From positions 2,688,001-2,752,000 of the forward strand of contig OZ219753.1 in the NCBI GenBank assembly GCA_964291315.2: 64,000 nt of DNA, read 5' to 3'. Source of the DNA: Candidatus Poribacteria bacterium (GTDB lineage: Bacteria > Poribacteria > WGA-4E > WGA-3G). The notes under the pieces were generated by a model. That model saw nothing but the letters and a program-made list of their open reading frames with translations. It made no database searches and was not told the DNA's origin. Each line of letters starts with the position of its first letter. Within the stretch, counting starts at the first letter, position 1. Both the position numbers and the translations under genes were made by a program. Positions 43,401 to 52,076 of this stretch are shown here, in pieces.

Positions 43401-45282
43401 TTATCCTGCCCATAATCCGCTATCGGGTGCGTCTAGTATCCAGTGGCTGTTAGATAATTATACAGAGATTAAGTCTGACCGCGTCTTGCGTGGCGGCTCC
43501 TGGGCCAGTTTAGCAGGGCTTGTACGGGTTGCCAACCGCAGTAACTTTTCGCCTGGGGTAACGAGCTCCGTCTTCGGTTTCCGTTGTGTAAAGCCTGTAT
43601 CTCTTACGCGGCAGGAAACCCCTCCCAGCCCGGACGATGAAAACCCTCAAAAATGGAGTAGCAGAGACGCGCAACCCTTCGACACCGCAGTCTCAGGGAT
43701 GGTATTGATCCCATCGGGCACCTTTCGGATGGGCAGCACCACAGGTGATGCGGATGAACGCCCTGTTCACACTGTCACTTTAGATGCGTTTTATATGGAT
43801 ACATACGAAGTGACGAACGCAGAATACGCCGATTTTCTTAATGCTATGGGCAGACATGCCGATGCGGGTCATACGTGGTTAAATATGGATAGCGGCGGTG
43901 TACGCATCGAGCGTTTGGGCGGAACGTATCGTGTGAAAGCGGGGTATGCGGATCATCCTGTTGTTCATGTGAGTTGGTATGGTGCAATGGCATATGCGAA
44001 GTGGAAGGGCAAGCGCCTGCCTACCGAGGCGGAGTGGGAGTATGCAGCACGCGGCGGCAAGTCGGGTCTGAAGTATCCCTGGGGAAACACGATTGACAGC
44101 ACGCATGCAAACTACGGCAGAAATGTCGGTAAGACAACAAGAGTAGGGCATTATGGTGCAAATAGCTATGGTCTGTATGACATGGTCGGAAATGTCTATG
44201 AATGGTGCTTAGATGCATATAATAGAGACTCCTATGCTAGTTCTCCTGCTCACAATCCTGGAGCGTCTAGTATTCATTGGCTATTAGATAATTATGCAAA
44301 GGTTGAGTCTCAACGCGTCTTGCGCGGCGGATCTTGGCTCAGTGAAGCTCAGTACGTGCGGGTCGCCTACCGCAACTACTATACGCCGACGAGCACGTCC
44401 TTCTTCACAGGCTTTCGTTGTGCAAGGTCTGCATCCTCTACACAACAGGAAACCTCTTCCAACACGGACAATAGAAACTATCAGAAACGTAGCAGCAGAG
44501 ACGCGCAACCCTCCGACCCATCAGTCTCAGGGATGGTATTGATCCCATCGGGCACCTTTCGGATGGGCAGCACCACAGGTGATGCGGATGAAAGCCCTAT
44601 TCACACTGTCACTTTAGATGCGTTTTATATGGATACACACGAAGTAACAAACGCAGAATACGCGGATTTTCTTAATGCTATGGGCAGACATGCAGATGCA
44701 GGCCATACATGGCTGGCTATCTGGAAGAGTGGTGTGCGCATTGAGCCTTTAGATAGAACGTATCGTGTGAAAGCGGGGTATGCGGATCATCCTGTTGTTC
44801 ATGTGAGTTGGTATGGTGCGATGGCGTATGCTGCGTGGGCGGGCAAGCGCCTGCCTACCGAGGCGGAGTGGGAATATGCCGCACGCGGCGGCAAGTCGGG
44901 TCTGAAGTATCCGTGGGGAAACACGATTGACAGCACGCAGGCGAGATACGCTAGAAAGACCCGTAGTCCGACAGCGGTAGGGCGTTATGCTGCGAACGGG
45001 TATGGTCTGTATGATATGGTCGGAAATGTCTGGGAGTGGTGTCTGGATGCGTATGACAAAAACTTCTATACCATTTCACCTACTTCTAATCCGCTATCGG
45101 GCGCGTCTAGTATTCAGTGGCTGTTAGATAATTATGCAGAGATTAAGTCTAGACGCGTCTTGCGTGGCGGCTCCTGGGAAAATACAGCGGGAAACGTGCG
45201 GGCCGCCTTCCGCTTTTATGATACGCCGACGAGCACGTTCCCCGTCACCGGTTTCCGTTGTGCAAGGTCTGTATCGCCTTGA
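40444..45282 (+). CDS. J-like / TM / 5x FGE-sulfatase (CLec-fold) protein; probable DGR-type variable protein
   Basis: Same N-terminal module as the 38141 gene; five domains starting at 41185, 42025, 42859, 43699, 44533, each ending in RVLRGGSW...GFRC. Confidence 0.93.
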   Translation: MSKRDDFTIFIQGWKKAAPNITVDQYKGLIRQGIHDYGLSQDEAERIIKKEVGLIIGKAVNHFQELGLTIDDLKNLSEDEIEKLVQAKYDLLYKQARISANPRNAEKQAALNAARDTLLDPQRRQEHIQLLERQKTSSNTEDGNSQKRSSTDVRAIFKFGKVAAILAILAFLLLLGLGLDNIIKNSKTQPHTTEFVDDSPKGSSGTAAISERSASSTQQETSSSTDDGNRQKRNSRDALTPEPPVSGMVLIPSGTFRMGSTTGDANERPVHTVTVDAFYMDTHEVTNAQYADFLNAMGRHADAGHTWLALGSRGAHIERLGGTYRPKAGYADHPVVRVSWYGAMAYAKWAGKRLPTEAEWEYAARGGESGLKYPWGNTIDSTRANYDRNVGETTRVGHYGANSYGLYDMVGNVYEWCLDAYNRDSYASYPARNPLSGAFSIHWLSDNYTEIKSRRVLRGGSWLSEAQYVRVANRFDYTPTSTSLFTGFRCARSASSTQQETPPSPDDENPQKWSSRDAQPSDPSVSGMVLIPSGTFRMGSTTGDANERPVHTVTVDAFYMDTHEVTNAQYADFLNAMGRHADAGHTWLALGSRGAHIERLGGTYRVKAGYADHPVVRVSWYGAMAYAKWAGKRLPTEAEWEYAARGGKSGLKYPWGNTIDSWHANYDRNIGKTTRVGHYGANSYGLYDMVGNVYEWCLDAYNRDSYASSPAHNPGTFSIQWLLDNYTEIKSDRVLRGGSWAGSAWLVRVANRGSFSPWITGAGLGFRCVRSVSLTRQETPPSPDDENSQKWSSRDVLTPAPPVSDMVLIPSGTFQMGSTTGDANERPVHTVTVDAFYMDTHEVTNAEYAAFLNAKGKHTDAGKTWLFIGSSGARIERLGGTYRPKTGYADHPVVYVSWYGAMAYAKWKGKRLPTEAEWEYAARGGLAGKLYPWGDTVDSSRANYDWNVGRTTAGGAYAANDYGLYDMVGNVSEWCLDAYDSAFYTSYPAHNPLSGASSIQWLLDNYTEIKSDRVLRGGSWASLAGLVRVANRSNFSPGVTSSVFGFRCVKPVSLTRQETPPSPDDENPQKWSSRDAQPFDTAVSGMVLIPSGTFRMGSTTGDADERPVHTVTLDAFYMDTYEVTNAEYADFLNAMGRHADAGHTWLNMDSGGVRIERLGGTYRVKAGYADHPVVHVSWYGAMAYAKWKGKRLPTEAEWEYAARGGKSGLKYPWGNTIDSTHANYGRNVGKTTRVGHYGANSYGLYDMVGNVYEWCLDAYNRDSYASSPAHNPGASSIHWLLDNYAKVESQRVLRGGSWLSEAQYVRVAYRNYYTPTSTSFFTGFRCARSASSTQQETSSNTDNRNYQKRSSRDAQPSDPSVSGMVLIPSGTFRMGSTTGDADESPIHTVTLDAFYMDTHEVTNAEYADFLNAMGRHADAGHTWLAIWKSGVRIEPLDRTYRVKAGYADHPVVHVSWYGAMAYAAWAGKRLPTEAEWEYAARGGKSGLKYPWGNTIDSTQARYARKTRSPTAVGRYAANGYGLYDMVGNVWEWCLDAYDKNFYTISPTSNPLSGASSIQWLLDNYAEIKSRRVLRGGSWENTAGNVRAAFRFYDTPTSTFPVTGFRCARSVSP
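40549..41027 (+). repeat. near-identical direct repeat, copy 2 (J-like + TM module)
   Basis: Matches 38246-38724. Confidence 0.9.
41098..45282 (+). repeat. tandem intragenic repeat, 5 units of 834-840 bp
   Basis: GTCTCAG(G/A)ATGGTATTGATCCCATCGGGCACCTT-type start recurs with periods 840/834/840/834. Confidence 0.95.
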
Positions 45283-45699
45283 TTCTGAATCGCAGATGAA
45301 ATCGACGAAAGGCGCGGAAAATACAATCCGGGGCGTGATGGCAGGTAGCCTTCTACTGACGACTATCACCCCCCTTTATTTATCGCTGGCTCTCTATCTT
45401 TAGAATGGAACCTCCTATTCCCGGCCACACATTATACCCTCCCCCCGGCAAAACAGCCCTCATGAAACCCTACTGAGACGCATTAAATACTGAAACGGAC
45501 AAAACAGAGCATATCTATAGATGTCATGATCCAACTAAGACGCTGCGCATGTTTAAATTTTTTCCAGAAAACAGTTCGCGAGGCTCAGAGATCCCTCGGA
45601 CAGAAGCTCTGAATGCTCCCTCGTTAGTTTTTTCTATTGCACCTGTTCACACAATATGCTAAATTAAAATGATATTTGAATCCAGAGGAGGACTATTAA

Positions 45700-46263
45700 A
45701 TGCGTCGAAATTACATAATCGTTTGCACGATGGGGGTACTTGTAGCCGCCGCCATCGCTCTGAATATCAACAACGTCGAAAGTCAAAGCGATATGATACA
45801 ACGGGGAAAATACCTCGTCGACACAGTCGGAGCATGCGGGCATTGTCACACGCCCCGTGCTGGTGCTGAATATGACATGGAGATGTACCTTGCTGGGCAT
45901 CCCGCGAATGCTTCATATCCACGCTACAACTTTAGCATGATGCAACAAGGAATTTTTCTTCTGACATCCCCGCAAATGAGTGCGTTTTCCGGTCCGTTCG
46001 GAACCACTTTCGCGTCAAACCTTACGCCCGACAATCAAACAGGATTAGGCGAATGGACGGAGGAGATGTTCATTAACGCAATGCGCACGGGACATCATCA
46101 AGGCGACACGAGCAATCGGAAGATCTTCCCGCCAATGCCGATAAAGCATTATGCTGAAATGAATGAGAGTGATCTCAAGGCAATTTGGGCGTATCTCAGG
46201 AGTGTTAAGCCAGTTAAAAATGAGGTGAATCCGCCGTTGAATCAGCGAGGGCGTCCATACTAA
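45700..46263 (+). CDS. c-type cytochrome (single CxxCH), exported
   Basis: Signal peptide, RGKYLV...CGHCHTPR, SNLTPD..TGLGEWT, PPMP. Confidence 0.9.
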   Translation: MRRNYIIVCTMGVLVAAAIALNINNVESQSDMIQRGKYLVDTVGACGHCHTPRAGAEYDMEMYLAGHPANASYPRYNFSMMQQGIFLLTSPQMSAFSGPFGTTFASNLTPDNQTGLGEWTEEMFINAMRTGHHQGDTSNRKIFPPMPIKHYAEMNESDLKAIWAYLRSVKPVKNEVNPPLNQRGRPY

Positions 46264-46402
46264 TTAGTCTTTAGCCGTTAGCGTGTTCCGCTCTCGGCTG
46301 CTAGGAATCCATTTGTAGCGATCAAGACCTTTTAACTGTCACATGCCTCGCTGACCTCTAAAGGTTACTTCGGGGCAACTCAAAAATTGGGAGACACACT
46401 TT

Positions 46403-47473
46403 ATGAGATCAGAGGAAAAAACTGTTCGAATTGCAGTTGTCGGCATGGGAATCGGGAGACCTAATGGTGCAGCGCTCGCCAGAAATGCCCGAGGCGAGGT
46501 CGTCGCGCTCTGTGACTTGGTTGAGGACCGGATGCAGGCCTTCGCTAAAGATTTACCGGGCGATGTCAAATTCTATACAGACTACAAAGAGATGTGCAGA
46601 GCAGGTGACATCGACGCGGTGTTTGTCGGAACCCCAAATCAGTGGCATGTTCCGATAGCATTAGAAGCGGTGCGGCACGGTAAACATGTGATGGTAACCA
46701 AGCCGCTTGCGGATTCTGAGAGTGCTGCGGAAGAACTGGTTGCGGAAGCCGAGTCGGCTGGGGTCATCAATATGATGTCGCTCTCTACACGCTTCGGCGA
46801 CACTTGCCAACACCTCGGTAACCTTGGGCGTGCCGACTATTTTGGAGAACTTTACTATGCGCGCGCTCGGAGTATCCGTCGTAACGGCATCCCTGCCTGG
46901 AATCTCGGCTTCATCAAGAAGGGCGGTGGTGCCTTCCGGGATATGGGTGTGCATGTGCTTGATGCTGTGTGGTGGATTCTCGGATTGCCGAAGCCTGTTT
47001 CAGTGCTTGGGGCGGCTGGCGCAAAATTTGGACCGCGCGGACGTGGTTACTGGAATCGCAACCGACCTCCGAGGGAAACGTATGAACAGTATGAATCAGA
47101 CGACTACGCCGGCGGCTTCATTACCTTCGAAAATGGAATTGGCTTACAAGTAGAAAGTTTCTGGGCATCCCATCAACCCGATGAATTTCAGATAGAGCTT
47201 TTTGGTACGGAAGCGGGGGCAACGATGAGTCCTCTGCGTCTCTATCGGACTGACGAATCTGGGATGTCCGAGGATATAAGTGTTAATCTGCCGCCGGGCA
47301 AATATAGCGAGGCGTGGGATGCTATTGCAGATCATTTCATCGAGTGCATTTTAGACGGTGTAACCTGTCAGGCGCCGCTTCGTCATGGACTGATTGTCCA
47401 ACAGATGATGGAAGGTTTGCTTAAAAGTGCTGAGACAGGGCGCGAAGTTCAGATTCAAGCGGCAGAGGTTTAA
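46403..47473 (+). CDS. Gfo/Idh/MocA family oxidoreductase
   Basis: IAVVGMGIG, GKHVMVTKP, GGGAFRDMGVH. Confidence 0.92.
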   Translation: MRSEEKTVRIAVVGMGIGRPNGAALARNARGEVVALCDLVEDRMQAFAKDLPGDVKFYTDYKEMCRAGDIDAVFVGTPNQWHVPIALEAVRHGKHVMVTKPLADSESAAEELVAEAESAGVINMMSLSTRFGDTCQHLGNLGRADYFGELYYARARSIRRNGIPAWNLGFIKKGGGAFRDMGVHVLDAVWWILGLPKPVSVLGAAGAKFGPRGRGYWNRNRPPRETYEQYESDDYAGGFITFENGIGLQVESFWASHQPDEFQIELFGTEAGATMSPLRLYRTDESGMSEDISVNLPPGKYSEAWDAIADHFIECILDGVTCQAPLRHGLIVQQMMEGLLKSAETGREVQIQAAEV

Positions 47474-47476
47474 GAA

Positions 47477-48202
47477 ATGGGCTTTGACATAGGAACGCTC
47501 CGCAACAATTTTGCAAAGGACGGTTTTGCTATCGCGCCGAACTTGTTCACGGATAGCGAAGTCCAACAGCTTAAATTAGAATGTATCGACATTCTGGCAG
47601 CTGTTAAAGCTGAAACAGGTGCAGAAGTTGGACATGGTGTTTATGTCGGTTTGGCTGCGCGAAGTTCTGTTTTTCGAACCGCAGTAGGCGATGAGCGGTT
47701 ACTCGATATCTTAGGTGGCATCCTCGCCCCGGATATCGAATTTCTGAGTGATAAAGTAGTTTTCAAGAATGAATCGATGACATTTGCAAGCCCATGGCAC
47801 CAAGATTGGCACTATTGGCACGGGGCGCACAAGCTCTCTATCTGGGTGGCGCTGGATGATGCTACTGTTGAAAATGGATGCCTCAAGCTCCTCCCTGGCT
47901 CACACAAAACTGCTATTGTCCACGACGGGGATGCTAGCGACGGGAATGGGTTCGGGAATCGGCTCCGTCCTGGGGCGGTTGATGAAAGTCTGGCTGTCAC
48001 GGCAGAAATTGCAGCAGGAGGTGCTGTCTTTTTCCATGATTTGACGTTGCATGCCAGTCATCCTAATCGTTCTGGCGAAGAACGTTGGGTATGGATTCCC
48101 ACGTATCGTGATGCAAAAGTGGAAGACAACGATTATCCGTGGGCCGTTGCGTCAAAAGTTTTGCGCGGTGAAAAACTGTCTGAACCCGGATCCGGCAAAT
48201 AA
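47477..48202 (+). CDS. phytanoyl-CoA dioxygenase (PhyH) family protein
   Basis: PWHQD, WVALDDATVENGCL..LPGSH, LHASHPN. Confidence 0.92.
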   Translation: MGFDIGTLRNNFAKDGFAIAPNLFTDSEVQQLKLECIDILAAVKAETGAEVGHGVYVGLAARSSVFRTAVGDERLLDILGGILAPDIEFLSDKVVFKNESMTFASPWHQDWHYWHGAHKLSIWVALDDATVENGCLKLLPGSHKTAIVHDGDASDGNGFGNRLRPGAVDESLAVTAEIAAGGAVFFHDLTLHASHPNRSGEERWVWIPTYRDAKVEDNDYPWAVASKVLRGEKLSEPGSGK

Positions 48203-48273
48203 GAAGATGGCAGCGATTTTTTATGGCAGCCCGGAATTTTCGTTTACTTTGAAGAAGAACAAAAGGAGAAACT

Positions 48274-49128
48274 ATGTTTAAAAATCTGAATACTGGTGCA
48301 ATTGGTATCCGAGCAGACATGATGGAAGGTTTAGCCTTAGCGAAAAACGCTGGTTTTGAAGGGCTCGATTTGAACATTGACGAAGCCGGTCGACTTGTAC
48401 AAGAACGTTCTGTTCAGTACGTGAAAGACCTATGGGCAGAGGCGGGTATCGCCATGGGCGGATGGGGATTTGGTGTCAATTGGCGGGGCCACGACGCTGA
48501 TTATTACGCCGGCTTAGCGCGGCTTCCTGAACGCGCGGCTCTCGCTGCTGAACTCGGCTGTTATCGGACGACTACGGTTGTCGGCCCCGCTTCAAATGAG
48601 ATGACGTATCAGGAAAACTGGGATTTTTCTGTCAAACGTCTTCGTCTGGTCGCTGAGATCCTCGGAGACCACGGGCATTTAGTCGGACTTGAGTTCATTG
48701 GGCCTGCAACGAGCCGCAAAGGCTCAAAGTACCTTTTCGCCTATTCAATGGATGCGATGTTGGGACTTGCTGCAGCGATCGGAACAGGCAACGTCGGGTT
48801 ACTCTTCGATACATGGCACTGGTATACCTGCCGTTCTGCTATGGATGATGTCCGCAAGCTTTCTGCGTCGGATGTGGTTTACGTCCACATCAACGATGCC
48901 CCCGCCGGAATTGACCCGTATGATCAGATTGATAACATTAGGTGTCTTCCTGCGGAAACAGGCGTAATTCCACTGACGGAATTGATGCAAATTCTGGCTG
49001 AAACCGGTTATGAAGGTCCGGTGACACCTGAACCCTTCAGTCAAAAAGTAAATAGTATGGAACCGGCACATGCGGCGAAATCGACTGCGGAATCATTAGC
49101 TCACGTCTGGAAAAACGCAGGCCTATAG
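48274..49128 (+). CDS. sugar phosphate isomerase/epimerase (xylose isomerase-like TIM barrel)
   Basis: GLEFIG, FDTWHW, VHINDA, GYEGPVTPEPF. Confidence 0.88.
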   Translation: MFKNLNTGAIGIRADMMEGLALAKNAGFEGLDLNIDEAGRLVQERSVQYVKDLWAEAGIAMGGWGFGVNWRGHDADYYAGLARLPERAALAAELGCYRTTTVVGPASNEMTYQENWDFSVKRLRLVAEILGDHGHLVGLEFIGPATSRKGSKYLFAYSMDAMLGLAAAIGTGNVGLLFDTWHWYTCRSAMDDVRKLSASDVVYVHINDAPAGIDPYDQIDNIRCLPAETGVIPLTELMQILAETGYEGPVTPEPFSQKVNSMEPAHAAKSTAESLAHVWKNAGL

Positions 49129-49161
49129 GCGACTACGTGTTCTGTTAGAAAGAGATAAACT

Positions 49162-49965
49162 ATGCGACTTATTGATAAAGAGCGCATTCTTGCAATGACG
49201 CACCTGTGGAAAGGTGAACGGTTTCCTGATGGGCGACCGCGTGTTCCGGATGACATTCTTCAACGGATGAAGGCGATCCGTATTGAACAAGCGTGGGGCG
49301 TTCTCAACAGCAACGACTACACATTCCAATTTGCTGGCGATTGGATGAATCTTCACCCGGATCGGGTGCTTGTGGGTAGGGCGGTGACGTGTGCTTTTGT
49401 GCCGATTCGTCCTGACTTTAACGATGCTATTTCGGCGCAAGGTGAGAAAGATGGGTGCGTTGGCGGGCAGAACTCATGGGTCATCGACACCCTCGTCCGC
49501 GATGATGTTGTCGTGGTTGACCTTTTTGGTAAAGTTAAAGATGGCACTTTTGCGGGCGATAATCTTGGCAATTCCATCTATGCGAAAACAGGGACTGGAA
49601 TGGTCATTGATGGCGGTATCCGAGACCTAGACGGTATTTATGAACTGCCTAATTTTGCGACGTTCGTGCGGGGCGTGGATCCGACAGGCATTGCAAACGT
49701 CACGCTGACGGGTATTAATATCCCGATCCGCATCGGGGAGGCAACAGTTTTACCGGGCGATGTGGTTTTGGGAAGACGTGGGGGTGTTATCTTTATTCCG
49801 CCGCACTACGCGCGGCAGGTAGTTGAACGCGGTGAAGAGGTGGCACTCCGAGACCGATTCGGGCATCAACGGCTGCGCGAAGGTGCATACACGCCGGGTG
49901 AGATAGATAGGAAATGGTCTGAGGAGATCGAGGCAGATTTTGAGAAATGGCGTGAAGGAGAATAA
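49162..49965 (+). CDS. RraA/HMG aldolase family protein
   Basis: LVGRAVT, GDNL, VIDGGIRD, VLPGDVV. Confidence 0.85.
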   Translation: MRLIDKERILAMTHLWKGERFPDGRPRVPDDILQRMKAIRIEQAWGVLNSNDYTFQFAGDWMNLHPDRVLVGRAVTCAFVPIRPDFNDAISAQGEKDGCVGGQNSWVIDTLVRDDVVVVDLFGKVKDGTFAGDNLGNSIYAKTGTGMVIDGGIRDLDGIYELPNFATFVRGVDPTGIANVTLTGINIPIRIGEATVLPGDVVLGRRGGVIFIPPHYARQVVERGEEVALRDRFGHQRLREGAYTPGEIDRKWSEEIEADFEKWREGE

Positions 49966-50028
49966 GAGCTCGGTATCATCGTTAGGGAAGCATGTGTCCT
50001 GGTTTTTGTATGTGGAGTCAACCTGCTG

Positions 50029-50805
50029 TTACATGCGTCTCGCTTTGATGGCATACATGGGCCAGGAAAAATAGAAGTCATCGCCCGCTGGACGGACTGT
50101 GTAGTATTCTCGCGCTTCCTCAGAGGAAAGCTGGGTGAACGCGTTACGGATTTCCTGCACGATCTTCGGTGAGTTATCTTTTGGACGCACCCACCAGAGA
50201 AAAGACATCTGTGCGTTTCGCACATGTGCTGTTTTCTCAAGTGACAATCCAGCGTTTGTAATCATCAGGTCCCATTGAGATGGTGGATACCCGTAGACGT
50301 GAGAGTTGTCCCGGAGTTTCTCCACGCGATTCTGCCACGTTATTAACTTTTCCGATTCAGGTGAAACGGAATCTACCATGCAGAAGAGTCCATTTGTGCG
50401 TAAAACTCGATGCACTTCACTCAGGAAGGCAGTGACATCTTGGAAATGATGTGGGGCAATTCGGCAGGTTACTAAGTCTAACGACGCGTCAGTAAACGGT
50501 AGTGCCTCAGCAGCGGCGATAGAAAAAGTAAGGTTTTTCATGGTTTTTTCTTCTGATATTTCAGCTGCTTTCGCGACCATCTCCGGTGTTAGGTCGGTGG
50601 CAATCATATATGCGACCCTCGGTGCAAGCTTAAACGCCGTGAATCCCGTGCCTGTTGCAACATCTAACGCCCGTTCTGTGCCCTGAGGCTCGGCGAAATC
50701 GAGGATGATGTCTAAGGTGTCGCCCTGGGCATGTGCGCTGCTTTCTGCGTAATAGGTTGCATGTTGGCTAAACTGCTTTTGGACTGCGGTGTGTATAGAT
50801 TTCAT
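50029..50805 (-). CDS. class I SAM-dependent methyltransferase
   Basis: LDVATGTG, AEALPF, CRIAPHHF. Confidence 0.92.
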   Translation of the reverse strand: MKSIHTAVQKQFSQHATYYAESSAHAQGDTLDIILDFAEPQGTERALDVATGTGFTAFKLAPRVAYMIATDLTPEMVAKAAEISEEKTMKNLTFSIAAAEALPFTDASLDLVTCRIAPHHFQDVTAFLSEVHRVLRTNGLFCMVDSVSPESEKLITWQNRVEKLRDNSHVYGYPPSQWDLMITNAGLSLEKTAHVRNAQMSFLWWVRPKDNSPKIVQEIRNAFTQLSSEEAREYYTVRPAGDDFYFSWPMYAIKARRM

Positions 50806-50943
50806 AGGAATTGTCAGTAATTAGTTATCGGCAACCGGTTAAGGTTCTCTGTTTTAACAATCCACTGTAGCTTTAAGCAAGGGCTGGAGGCAGCGGTTGC
50901 GTTGTTAAAGGCAAGCCTCCTTCGTTGAAGGGAGTGTTGTATA

Positions 50944-52047
50944 TCAGTTGAAAAGAATAACACCTCGGGCATTTTCGCCGGCTTCCATGTGTACGAACGC
51001 CTCATTAATCTGATCAAGTCTATAGTGTCGTGTAATCAATTCATCTAGCTTCAATTTACCCTCGGTATAGAGATCGAGAAGTTTCGGCATATCCACTCTC
51101 GGTTGGCAGGACCCGTAAAATGAACCGATCAGTCGCTTTTCGGTTGTAACGAGGTGTTGTGCCGGAATGCTGACTTCTGATTGATGATGTGCTATTCCGA
51201 CAATAACGGCTGTGCCAGCTGCACGGACCATATTGTAGGCTTGCAGAATAGTTTTCGGATTCCCGATTACCTCAAAGGCGTAGTCTACTCCCAGGGTGTC
51301 TGTCAATTCATGGACTGCCTCGACTGGATCGCCTGCTGAGGCGTTAACGGTATCGGTTGCCCCAAAATTTTTCGCAAAGTCAAGTTTTTTTTCTGTAATA
51401 TCGATAGCGATAATTTGTTTGGCTTCTGCGATGGCTGCCCCCTGAATTACATTCAAACCGACACCCCCGGTCCCTATAACTGCCACGGAACTCCCCGGTT
51501 CCACTTTCGCGGTATTCAAGACGGCACCCACGCCTGTCGTTACAGCGCATCCCACGAGTGCGGCTTTTTCTAGTGGGTGGTGTTTATCGATTTTGACGAG
51601 ATTTTGCTGGGGGACAACCATGTACTCGGACATGGTTGCGATCCGTGCCATTTGGAGGATTCCATCACCTGAGCTATTATGAAGGCGATAGGTACTATCT
51701 AATTGGAAACCTCGTGGTATATCGTAACTTTCACAGAGGCAAACTTTCCCCATCTGACACAGGCGGCAGGTGCCACAATAGCTGACAAAAGACAAGATCA
51801 CATGGTCACCCGGGCGGAACCCGGTTACCTGGTCGCCGACTTGTTCAATAACGCCTGCGCCTTCATGTCCAAGCGCTACGGCTGCATTGTAGTAGATAGC
51901 GCCGGTGACGACTGACAGATCAGAGTGGCAGACGCCACTCGCGGCAGTTCGGACAAGTACCTCACTCGCCTTTGGTTCATCTAATTCAAGCTCTTCAACA
52001 ACGACGGGTTGATTGTGTTGATACATGACAGCAGCGTGTGTTTTCAT
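50944..52047 (-). CDS. Zn-dependent alcohol dehydrogenase
   Basis: GVCHSD, GHEGAG, CxxCxxC..C, GCAVTTGVG, GTGGVG. Confidence 0.94.
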   Translation of the reverse strand: MKTHAAVMYQHNQPVVVEELELDEPKASEVLVRTAASGVCHSDLSVVTGAIYYNAAVALGHEGAGVIEQVGDQVTGFRPGDHVILSFVSYCGTCRLCQMGKVCLCESYDIPRGFQLDSTYRLHNSSGDGILQMARIATMSEYMVVPQQNLVKIDKHHPLEKAALVGCAVTTGVGAVLNTAKVEPGSSVAVIGTGGVGLNVIQGAAIAEAKQIIAIDITEKKLDFAKNFGATDTVNASAGDPVEAVHELTDTLGVDYAFEVIGNPKTILQAYNMVRAAGTAVIVGIAHHQSEVSIPAQHLVTTEKRLIGSFYGSCQPRVDMPKLLDLYTEGKLKLDELITRHYRLDQINEAFVHMEAGENARGVILFN

Positions 52048-52076
52048 GTTTCCCCTTGTTCTCCGCGATAATGTGT

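Noticed and set aside
40444-45282. Functional formylglycine-generating enzyme serving the sulfatase-like gene
   Set aside because: The domains lack the catalytic CxxxxC cysteines after RGGS; that segment is the hypervariable region instead.
45283-45699. Possible DGR template repeat, RT or Avd downstream of the variable gene
   Set aside because: No AAC-rich copy of the VR and no RT ORF here or elsewhere in the window.
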